The notes beneath the pieces are model-generated. The model saw only the letters and a list, made by a program, of their open reading frames with translations, had not been told where the DNA came from and did not search any database. A DNA stretch of 50,803 nucleotides from a virus (taxonomy: Duplodnaviria > Caudoviricetes): positions 1 to 50,803 of IMG/VR virus record IMGVR_UViG_3300025127_000062; one strand, given 5' to 3'. Below, piece by piece: positions 1-8,737 of this stretch; the stretch's first letter is position 1; every line of letters begins with the position of its first letter. The position numbers were made by a program, and so were the translations under genes.

Positions 1-301
1 GTCTAATTTTAAAAAAAGGTGCATATTAAACGTGATGTAAAACTACTAGCCCTGAAGTAATGGTTATATTTGTAAAAACACCGTAAAGAACAGTCCCAGC
101 CGCAAGACCAGAAGTTTGTAATTTAGCGATATTTTCAACATTCAACCCGCTAAGTGCTGTAATAGTAGTGTCTTTTAGTATTTGAATAGCTCCAAAACGT
201 CCTTGTGCAGTCCCACCATTTACGGTAGTATCCAGGACTGTTGAACTTTTTGATTCAAAAGAAACTGCGTTATAAGAAGGATTAGGTAATCTAGTGCTCA
301 T
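1..301 (+). repeat. Direct repeat copy 1 (copy 2 at 41251-41551)
   Basis: First 127 nt identical; 6 mismatches in 301 nt (positions 128, 130, 147, 150, 151, 236); similarity collapses after 301. Confidence 0.97.
26..301 (-). CDS. Small beta-rich hypothetical (probable virion) protein, allele A
   Basis: 91-aa ORF, near-identical to 41276..41551; first gene of the fibre/lysis block. Confidence 0.75.
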   Translation of the reverse strand: MSTRLPNPSYNAVSFESKSSTVLDTTVNGGTAQGRFGAIQILKDTTITALSGLNVENIAKLQTSGLAAGTVLYGVFTNITITSGLVVLHHV

Positions 302-307
302 TGTAAA

Positions 308-338
308 ATTGTATAGGAATTAATGGTAAGTGTGTCAA
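308..338 (-). promoter_or_regulatory. Sigma70-like promoter, probably leaderless
   Basis: TTGACA (338-333), 19 nt, TACAAT (313-308), 6 nt, ATG (301); same layout in allele B. Confidence 0.55.
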
Positions 339-339
339 G

Positions 340-3300
340 TCAGTCTGACCTGTTTTGATTAGAATTTGGAAGGCTAGTTACTACGTCATTTTGCATATCT
401 TGCAAGGTTTCAGCCATTACATAGCTAATAGCCTTCCCAATCACAGGGTATTGTTGTCCTGTAAGGGGCTTAAGACCCTTAGCAACGTCCCCAGAAAGCA
501 CATCTACTGCTGACCCAGTGATGGGGGATAGCGTAGACGCAGGACCAAACTGGACTGCATTTAGCCCTAGCTCGCCAATGCCCATAATTCCTGACTGACG
601 AAGAATCCGTGTAAGGTCAAAAAAGGTCATATCTGTAGGATCAATTGGCTCTTTAAACTTAGACAAATCCTTTAGAATTGTTGTCATATAAGCAAAAGCA
701 AGAGCAGCTCCTAAGTATGTAATTAAATGCGCCATCTTCATTGCGTTGTGCTTACCCTCTCCGTCATAGCCATACAAAAATCTACGGTAGACCACACGAG
801 ACATTCCCAGCATAAAGCTACTGTACTGCAGGGCTACACGAGCTGTTTCGCCTGTAATTGTTCCAGACTCTAACCCCAAGCGAGTAATCGCCATAGCTCC
901 TGCATCTGGCTCTATCACAGCCTCTTTCATGTAAGTAGTTAAAAACCCACTAAACTTTCGCTGTAATGGGGCATTGCTTATTCCAGAAGACCCAAGGCGA
1001 TATTTTAAATCTGGAGTTCTTTCTACATACTTAGCTAAAGCTTTTAACTCTTTGTCTACAAAACCAAATTCTCGCATACGAGCTTCAAGCACTGGATTTA
1101 ACTTGCCTGAGCGAAATTGCTCTCCAAGACTGTTTGTTATAATATCTAAAAACACCATTTGGTGCGTAGCTGTAATACGATTTAAGCCGTTTAACTCAAA
1201 CATTACTTGGTTTGCTTTAGCTATAAGACCGCCCTCTATAGACTCACCAGTAACAACACGTTGCGCTGTTTGACGAGTAATAATGTCAATCCCAGCACCC
1301 TGTGACCTAAACCACGCAGCAATCTCTTTGTTGTTACCGCGAAAATGTGAGCTAGCAGCTTGTTTGTAAGATGCTACAAAGTCTTTAAAAGTAACCTCAG
1401 TGCCTAAGTACTGCATGGTTGTTAGCATTAAAGGTATATCTGACAGCGCAGACAACCCTGATCCTGCTAAAAACAGAACATTAGATACTTGGCGAAGCTT
1501 CTGAAAGTTATTAGCAAGGTTTACATCTACTGGGTTGTCTAACATCCCAGTAACTTGCTTAGCAGTTGCCTCTAAAATACTGTAGCCTTTTTCGTTTTTT
1601 AAACCGCTTCTGTTAGCAACACCCATAACCATATTGTATGGGTCGTGCCCTAAATTCTTTACAAGAGCAATCTTCTCAGAACGATTACGTATCTGCTCAA
1701 GCATAAGACGACCTAGATTTTCAAAGTTACTAAGCGTAACCATAGCCTCGTTTCTGTGCTCTTGTTTGTATGCTAGCTTTGCTGCTTTGCGCATAGAACC
1801 CACGATAGATTTAGAACCCGACGCGTCTTCTTCCTCAAACTTTCCGCTAACAATCTCGTTGTAAAACCTTCTAAGAAACTCGTTTATTTCAAAACGATCA
1901 AATGTCAAAGACTGCTGTTTAGGCTTGCCGTCTGCGCCAAGGCTTTCAGTAGTTGGTCGATTAACCTTGGGATCAATAGCTCCCTCCATAATACCGCCGT
2001 GCAGTCGTTCTGTCTGTTCTACATCTAAAACCTTTAACATAAAGGTGATAAACTCAGCTTCAGACATGGCAGAAACTACTTGTCGGTCATACTTAGGAGT
2101 GTAACCACTGTAGTTTTTACGCTGACCCATGTTAACACCCAAGTGGTTAATCTCAGCCATTTGACCTAAATTAATTGTTTGGATTATATCGACAAGGTCT
2201 TCAAATACCTTCAGTCCCTCTAATCTCTTTGGCACTTCTCCACTAGAGATAGCATCCATAAGATCAAGATGTAGTTGCATAGAACCTTCTTTCAGATTCT
2301 CTCCGTAAACACGAGCAACTTCTGGGTCTTTTATAGTAGCGTCCCTGTAAGAAGACATATACTTAGTTGGATCTTCCCCTAAAAAAACTTCTAGTAAGTC
2401 GTTATTTACAAGAAACTCTATAAGAGGTGCTTGATCTTTAATAATTTGACCATCAACTAAACGTTGAATTGAAGTAGTACGATCAGTGTCTTTGCGAAGA
2501 CTACCGTCTAGAATAGTCTTAAGCTGTCTCATCTTAGAAGCTGAAGTTCTTTTGCCGCGCAAAACACCCATTAAAGTTTCAGCCACAGAAGCGTTATGCA
2601 CACTGCGTAACACCATTGCTAAGTTTTCTTGATAGAAGAAATCATTAACTTTGCCAAGCTTTTCAGCTGGAGAAAGATCTTTATCTAAGAGTATAAAACT
2701 AATCCGTTGCGCCATCTCTAATGGAGCTTTTACTTCTTTTAGATTACGAAGAGTTGCTATAACAAGTTCAGGAGTAGGAACTCCATTTCGTATAACCTTT
2801 AATATTGCTTTACGACGTTTCTCCGTCCCCATTAGGTTAACAAGTATGTCCTTCACGTACGGAGTTAGATGAGTCATTCCTGCTTTATCTAAATCTGCAA
2901 TAGCATCCGCAACATAAGTGTTAAGCTCTTTTGCAGTGGTAGGCAGATTGCTGGGCATCAAGGTTGGAATAGTTGACTCATCACCTACAACCTCTATGAT
3001 TGTATCTTCTAAGTACTTCTTAGGGTCGGCAGTGTATTTACGCATTTCTTCTGCTCGACTTTTAAAGTTAGGATTCTCGTAAGCAGTTTTTGCCTGTACA
3101 CTTGACCGCGCTGTTATATTTGTTCCGCCTCTATAAAGCTTCTTTATCTGCAAGGCAGGATTAGTTGCTTCTCGCAACTCTTTAACAACATCAGCAACTT
3201 GTTTAGCAACAAGATCTGGTTTCTTTATGTTTTTAAGAGACTTAAATCCACTTACTTTTAAAACATCTGCTGTGTAGCTAAGAAGATTTAAAACAAACAG

Positions 3301-5328
3301 TTTATACTTCGTAAACAGTCCAGGGTCTGTTTCTTTAAGAGCAGCCCAAAACTCTGGTCTTGATATAGCAAACTCCAATAGATGAGAGCCTGCTTCTTCT
3401 TCAAACACTTCTTTTGACTTACCATACCCGCGAGTTTTAAGAGCAGACTCTAATGCTTTTTTAACACCAGAACTCTGAGCCACTGTTAACAACTTAGCAT
3501 AGGCTGCTGGATTAATCTCCTGTATGTTGTGCCACCCTTCGTGAAACACAGTGCTGAGTAACTGGGTAGTTACAATTTCAGAAGTAGGAACTCTATCAGC
3601 TCCAATCTGAGATTGTTTTACATAAGCGTCCGCAAAAAACAAATGTGGTTGAGCTACATAATTGACTAACTCTCCAGGAACTTTCCAACCCATTGCAACG
3701 CCATCAACGTTTAAATTAGACGGCTGAGGAGCAATTCTAGCAGGTACTGCCTTTTCATCTCCAAACAAAACACCATTAACTATTCCATTAACGTCCTGCA
3801 CAGTCTGAGCGTAGGTTTCGCCAATAACTTTGTTAAAGACTTGTTTGTTTTTGTATATCTGCTTTCTTAAAGTAGAAGATAAATTTTTGTGATACTCTAG
3901 TTTTTCAACAAGTTTTTTTCTTCTTTCTACAAGATTAGCTCTAGATTGGTCCATTGGAACAAAATCTGAGTCAAGCAACGAATCTATTCTTTTAAGATCA
4001 CCCTCTATCAAAGATATATCTGATATATTGTCATTATATCTTTGTTCATCTATATAAATGTTGCGTGCTTCTTCAAAAACAAGAAGATTAGCTTGAGCTT
4101 CAGCTTTTGTAACAGTTCCATAGTTTTCTGTAATTGTGTAACCTTTATGAAGCTGGTTACCCCCTAAATTTGCCTTTATATCATCACCTGTTTTTCGAAA
4201 ATCAGTAAACCCACTATCTATAAGAACAGCCACATCGTCGTCAGTTAAGTTCTTAGACTTTCCAAACAACGAAGCTCCCGACACACGTTTAACTTGAGCT
4301 TCATATTCTTTAACTGTTTTAAGTATACTAACATCGCCTTGCTTAATCCTAGCTATATAACGCTCTGCCAAAGCTGACGTCATTTTTGCAGTCGCAGTGT
4401 TTATTTCATGCATTTTAAGAAAAGAGCCTATTTCAAGTATGTCATTTATTGTAATTTCATCTCGCTTGACTCTTCCTTCTGCTATATCTCTAAGGCGTTG
4501 ATTTTTCTTAATAGCATTTACTACGCCCCTACTGCCGTTCTCATACACATTGGCATACGCATCAAATATAGAATTATCACCTGCCATGAGTTTTATATAA
4601 GTGCTGTAATCATTTTTAGCTTTGGCTGCTTTGGCTGCATTACGAGCAGCTAAGCCTGCCGAACCACCAGCCAAGATACCTGCAAAAAGAGTATTCATCC
4701 CAGCAGCCATCTTAGCGTGCTCAAATGTGTATTGCTCTACACCCAGATCATTTGTCATGTACGCATAGGGTACTTCAAAAGCTGCGCCGTAAGCTAAAAC
4801 ATTCTTAAAAGTTCCTTTGCCTGTGTGGTAAGCAGCTGCAGCTCTCTTACCAGCAGCGGCATAAAGTGATCCTCGGGCTACACTTGCTCCCATGCCAACA
4901 CCTAGAAAGTTAACAGGGTCAGTAACAAGCCCAGTTCCTAGTGCTGTAAAAAACTGAGATATCTGTCTATCTTGACCTTGAGACACTTCATTATAGTGCG
5001 CAAGACTCGCAGCTCTCTGAACTCGACGTTGAAACGTGTATGGGTTTTCGTTAGCTCGAAAAGCTAAGCCATACCGCTGAGCAGGTGACTCCTCGTACTC
5101 TTCTCTTGTAACAGGGGCATACTTCCCCATTTTCATGTCTCTGCGCTCGTCATACTGCTTAAGCGCGTCAGCAGCAGTCATCGTAAAGTTACGTTGAAAC
5201 GCAGCAAGGCTGGTAGCTTTTAGACCCTCAACAAAGTCGTAGTCTGTGGGACTGTATGCACCTCTAGATATCTCGTTAAGAGTTCTAGGTTGATACAATG
5301 TATTAGGATTACGAAATGGTTGAGCCAT
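340..5328 (-). CDS. Large internal virion/ejection protein (T7 gp16-like position), allele A, with zincin-like HExxH motif
   Basis: 1662 aa; third gene after tail tube B; helical with Gly/Ala-rich hydrophobic termini; VFHEGWH...EEEA at 3529-3543. Confidence 0.75.
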   Translation of the reverse strand: MAQPFRNPNTLYQPRTLNEISRGAYSPTDYDFVEGLKATSLAAFQRNFTMTAADALKQYDERRDMKMGKYAPVTREEYEESPAQRYGLAFRANENPYTFQRRVQRAASLAHYNEVSQGQDRQISQFFTALGTGLVTDPVNFLGVGMGASVARGSLYAAAGKRAAAAYHTGKGTFKNVLAYGAAFEVPYAYMTNDLGVEQYTFEHAKMAAGMNTLFAGILAGGSAGLAARNAAKAAKAKNDYSTYIKLMAGDNSIFDAYANVYENGSRGVVNAIKKNQRLRDIAEGRVKRDEITINDILEIGSFLKMHEINTATAKMTSALAERYIARIKQGDVSILKTVKEYEAQVKRVSGASLFGKSKNLTDDDVAVLIDSGFTDFRKTGDDIKANLGGNQLHKGYTITENYGTVTKAEAQANLLVFEEARNIYIDEQRYNDNISDISLIEGDLKRIDSLLDSDFVPMDQSRANLVERRKKLVEKLEYHKNLSSTLRKQIYKNKQVFNKVIGETYAQTVQDVNGIVNGVLFGDEKAVPARIAPQPSNLNVDGVAMGWKVPGELVNYVAQPHLFFADAYVKQSQIGADRVPTSEIVTTQLLSTVFHEGWHNIQEINPAAYAKLLTVAQSSGVKKALESALKTRGYGKSKEVFEEEAGSHLLEFAISRPEFWAALKETDPGLFTKYKLFVLNLLSYTADVLKVSGFKSLKNIKKPDLVAKQVADVVKELREATNPALQIKKLYRGGTNITARSSVQAKTAYENPNFKSRAEEMRKYTADPKKYLEDTIIEVVGDESTIPTLMPSNLPTTAKELNTYVADAIADLDKAGMTHLTPYVKDILVNLMGTEKRRKAILKVIRNGVPTPELVIATLRNLKEVKAPLEMAQRISFILLDKDLSPAEKLGKVNDFFYQENLAMVLRSVHNASVAETLMGVLRGKRTSASKMRQLKTILDGSLRKDTDRTTSIQRLVDGQIIKDQAPLIEFLVNNDLLEVFLGEDPTKYMSSYRDATIKDPEVARVYGENLKEGSMQLHLDLMDAISSGEVPKRLEGLKVFEDLVDIIQTINLGQMAEINHLGVNMGQRKNYSGYTPKYDRQVVSAMSEAEFITFMLKVLDVEQTERLHGGIMEGAIDPKVNRPTTESLGADGKPKQQSLTFDRFEINEFLRRFYNEIVSGKFEEEDASGSKSIVGSMRKAAKLAYKQEHRNEAMVTLSNFENLGRLMLEQIRNRSEKIALVKNLGHDPYNMVMGVANRSGLKNEKGYSILEATAKQVTGMLDNPVDVNLANNFQKLRQVSNVLFLAGSGLSALSDIPLMLTTMQYLGTEVTFKDFVASYKQAASSHFRGNNKEIAAWFRSQGAGIDIITRQTAQRVVTGESIEGGLIAKANQVMFELNGLNRITATHQMVFLDIITNSLGEQFRSGKLNPVLEARMREFGFVDKELKALAKYVERTPDLKYRLGSSGISNAPLQRKFSGFLTTYMKEAVIEPDAGAMAITRLGLESGTITGETARVALQYSSFMLGMSRVVYRRFLYGYDGEGKHNAMKMAHLITYLGAALAFAYMTTILKDLSKFKEPIDPTDMTFFDLTRILRQSGIMGIGELGLNAVQFGPASTLSPITGSAVDVLSGDVAKGLKPLTGQQYPVIGKAISYVMAETLQDMQNDVVTSLPNSNQNRSD

Positions 5329-5329
5329 A

Positions 5330-8128
5330 TTAATCTAGGTATAGCCCAGCACTAAGGTTCCACACAGCATTTTGATTACCAGTGGCAGAGCTGAGAATGT
5401 CACCTAATGGCTGGTTAAAAGGAACCATGTCTGTAGCTCTACGAACTACCTCATCTAACAGACGATTAACATCTCTGACTGCAACGTATGTGCCTGCCCC
5501 TTCCTCGTAATTACCAGAAGAGTTTGCAAACTGCAGGTAGTAATACTCTCGTTCAACTACAGTGCCATCAGGTAGTTGTTCTGTTCTAAAAGTAGTTTCA
5601 GGAATATTAACAATTGGAATACCATCTCCTTTAGGTCCAAACAGACCTACACCAGCTTCAGAAAATTCGTTATTATTAAGTCCTTCAAAAAGTGCTCGTT
5701 GTTGCTTGTCTGTAATATCCTCAAGGTTTTCTGGAGGTTGTGGTCGTTCACCTTCTCCAGCACCAGGAGCTTGACCACCAAATTTTGAAAAACCAGGAGT
5801 TCGAAGGTCTGTACCAAGAGTGTAAGCCCTATCACTATAAGTAAGGTCAACATACAAATTCGGGTTTTGTCTCATAGCTAGCGCAATAACCGCAGCTTTA
5901 GTAAACTCAGCTAAGTCTCTTTCGTTTATTTTACCATCGCTTTCATTTTTAAAAGCGTAATAAAGTAGACCAAAAGGACCTGTTGACCGTGATTCATCAA
6001 CATCTAAAAATCTTTGAACTGTAGAAGGAGCAAGCCGAACATTATGACCTTGTGTACTTATAGCAGCTACACCGAACACAGGCGTTATAACCTCATCATG
6101 ATACTTTTCAGCAAGCTCAAACGCTTCTTCTGGAGATTTGCCTTGATTAAGACTCTGAGCTATATGTCCACGAAGTTGTTGTCTCCAGAACTCGCCCTCA
6201 GCATTATCTCTAGTGCCTTCTAGATTCTTAATCCTTGACAAATAAGTTAACCGACCTTTTTTGCGTTTGTGCTGAATATGAGAAGCGTTTCCTTCAGGTA
6301 CTACCTGAATTTCTCTATTTTCAATAATTTGATCTAGCTTCTTGTTGTCTTCATTAGCAACAGCAAGCTGCGCTCTTGAAGTCATTGCTTCTAAAATCTC
6401 AGGAACATTACCGCCACTAGCTGCAACCCGAAGAGCCATAGACTCAAGCAACCTTGTTTCAGATTTATCATTAAGTTGAGATATTGCAACTAAGGCTGCT
6501 CCTGGATTATCTTGGTTAGCTACAACCGTTGAAAGAACATCTTGAGTTGATTGTTCAGGGTTGTTTTCAAGGTCAACCTCTTTATCGCCAAGAACCGCCC
6601 ACTCTGTAGGAAGTCTTAGTTGTCCATTAAGAGTTCCCCTGCCTGTTATACCAGTAGGGGCTAAACCAGTGCTAATTCCTGTACCTGTGAGTTGAGGCAA
6701 TACAATGTCCTTGTAGAACATACGAACATTGTCCCAATCTCCTTTTTCAATAAGTCTTTCTAAACGAGGATACAGATTTCCAAGAGAAGTCAGATCGCCG
6801 TTGTTAACGCCGTCCATAACAAATTTTGTTCTCTTATCAATGTAAGCTTGCATCCTAGTTTGGATGTTATCTGGAAGATTCTCATACTGAGTTTTTAAGT
6901 CAATGCGAGCCTCTCTTGCGAGTTTTTGTTCTGCAGTTTCGCCCTCAACAGGTTTTTCATTTGCATCTATCAACGTAAAAAAGTCTTCTAAATTGCCAGT
7001 GTTTTTTACACCAAAACGTAAAAAACGAATAGCCAAATCATCAACAAAAGACTCTCCTACTACTGCACCAGTTTTGTCACGAGCAGGACTAAAAAGAGCT
7101 AAAGTTGCCATTAAGCCATCTATCTTTTCTTTGTTTTGTGCTGCATATTCTGGATGCTCCTCCATAAACTTAACAACAGCTGTTGCTGAATTATTAACCA
7201 TGCTAAGCATGTCACTTGCTTTTGTTACATCAAAAAAAGATGCAATAGAGGCGTCTAGTTTATCATACGCTTCTTTTCCAGCCGTAAGTTTGTACGTAGG
7301 ATCAGACAGTGCTTTCTTTTTTGCGTTATATGCGTTTTCAATCTTTTCTACACTAGACATAGGAAGTCCTAGTTTTTCTACAGATTGAGACACAAACTGA
7401 TCTGATATTTCTTTTCTGCGCTCTAGTTCATCAAGTGTTTGCGCAGTTTTTATGCTGTGCACAGAGATAGCAGTAGTATTACTGGCTAAGTCTGTGCCAA
7501 AACTTGCTTGTTCTTCTACAGTAGTTAAAGCGTCATATCGTTTTTGGTATGCTTCATCTTCACCGCTAAGCTCAGAATATACATTGTATAACGACTCATC
7601 ATCTAACCCGTTTGGATTGTTAAGAATAGCTTTTGTAGCAACGCTTCTTTTCTCTGTTTGATACTCGGTAGTTTGTCCAAAAATAATGCGCCTGTTTTTT
7701 TGTGTATCAAACGAAGCACGCGCTGCTTTCCAGTTAGCTTGCGTTCTTGCAGCAACACGCTGAGCTGCGTCCCCTTCTAAATCTAGATCAGGACTAAAGT
7801 AGTTTAAGCCAATAGTTTCAAGTTGATTAAAGTTAGTTTCAGCTTCTGAAATTTCATCGGGATTGCCTTTTGTAATAGCAGACGTAAGTGCGTCTGATCT
7901 TGTTTTAAACTCGGCATCATAGTCCTGTCCTGCCTTGTAAGCTAACAACCCTTGGGCTTTTTCTTTTTGCTGATTATTAGCTACTTGAATGTTTAATGCT
8001 GCTCCAGCTACTTTATCAAGCCCACGAGCCACATCAGTAAGACCACTACGATAATTCGAAGTAGTGTCAAAAGCACTAAATGGTGCTTTCTGTTGTTGAG
8101 CAGTTTGTGTGTTTAGTTGAATAGCCAT
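5330..8128 (-). CDS. Internal virion/ejection protein (gp15-like position), allele A
   Basis: 932 aa, helical, synteny; N-terminus FSAFDT.S.YRSGL resembles 46493..49207. Confidence 0.65.
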   Translation of the reverse strand: MAIQLNTQTAQQQKAPFSAFDTTSNYRSGLTDVARGLDKVAGAALNIQVANNQQKEKAQGLLAYKAGQDYDAEFKTRSDALTSAITKGNPDEISEAETNFNQLETIGLNYFSPDLDLEGDAAQRVAARTQANWKAARASFDTQKNRRIIFGQTTEYQTEKRSVATKAILNNPNGLDDESLYNVYSELSGEDEAYQKRYDALTTVEEQASFGTDLASNTTAISVHSIKTAQTLDELERRKEISDQFVSQSVEKLGLPMSSVEKIENAYNAKKKALSDPTYKLTAGKEAYDKLDASIASFFDVTKASDMLSMVNNSATAVVKFMEEHPEYAAQNKEKIDGLMATLALFSPARDKTGAVVGESFVDDLAIRFLRFGVKNTGNLEDFFTLIDANEKPVEGETAEQKLAREARIDLKTQYENLPDNIQTRMQAYIDKRTKFVMDGVNNGDLTSLGNLYPRLERLIEKGDWDNVRMFYKDIVLPQLTGTGISTGLAPTGITGRGTLNGQLRLPTEWAVLGDKEVDLENNPEQSTQDVLSTVVANQDNPGAALVAISQLNDKSETRLLESMALRVAASGGNVPEILEAMTSRAQLAVANEDNKKLDQIIENREIQVVPEGNASHIQHKRKKGRLTYLSRIKNLEGTRDNAEGEFWRQQLRGHIAQSLNQGKSPEEAFELAEKYHDEVITPVFGVAAISTQGHNVRLAPSTVQRFLDVDESRSTGPFGLLYYAFKNESDGKINERDLAEFTKAAVIALAMRQNPNLYVDLTYSDRAYTLGTDLRTPGFSKFGGQAPGAGEGERPQPPENLEDITDKQQRALFEGLNNNEFSEAGVGLFGPKGDGIPIVNIPETTFRTEQLPDGTVVEREYYYLQFANSSGNYEEGAGTYVAVRDVNRLLDEVVRRATDMVPFNQPLGDILSSATGNQNAVWNLSAGLYLD

Positions 8129-8736
8129 TATGTTGTGCCCGTGTGATACATGTTTGCCATGCTACCAACAGTACCAATTGCAGAACCAAGACCAGATAGT
8201 CGTGTATTTGCTGCTTGATTCCTAAATTGAGTAGCCGTGTTTGCTGCAGAAGCAAGAGTAAGGTCACGAGCAGCCATTCCGTTGCTCCAAGCCAACCCGC
8301 TTTGACGCTGTGCCTCTGTAGATTGAATATTATAGCCATATGATGTTGCTGATGTTTCAAAATCAAAAGCAGCTAATCGGTTTTCGTAATCCTTAGTTGA
8401 CTGTGTAAACGTGTCTTCAAATGTCCCAAACGACGAGTTTATAGACAAACGTTCAGTCGCTAATTCAGCTCTTAATTTTCTATTAAGAACGTCTCTGTTT
8501 CTTTGAGCTTTTTCAAGGTCTCTAAACTTATTAGACTCTGCAACGGATTTATTAAAATTAGCCTGGTTTACAGCCTGTGTTGCGTTATTAACGTCAATCT
8601 GGGCGTTGTACTTACCCATCTCCTCAGCAGCATCCGCAGCATACTCTTGCGCTCTCGCGTTGTTTTCTGCTGCGCGATAAGATATAAAACCACTAACTGC
8701 GGTGGATGCTAATGCTACTGCTAATGCTACTTCCAT
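8128..8736 (-). CDS. Small internal virion protein (gp14-like), allele A
   Basis: 202 aa; hydrophobic Ala-rich N-terminus, coiled coil, Gly-rich C-terminus; directly after tail tube B. Confidence 0.72.
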   Translation of the reverse strand: MEVALAVALASTAVSGFISYRAAENNARAQEYAADAAEEMGKYNAQIDVNNATQAVNQANFNKSVAESNKFRDLEKAQRNRDVLNRKLRAELATERLSINSSFGTFEDTFTQSTKDYENRLAAFDFETSATSYGYNIQSTEAQRQSGLAWSNGMAARDLTLASAANTATQFRNQAANTRLSGLGSAIGTVGSMANMYHTGTT

Positions 8737-8737
8737 T

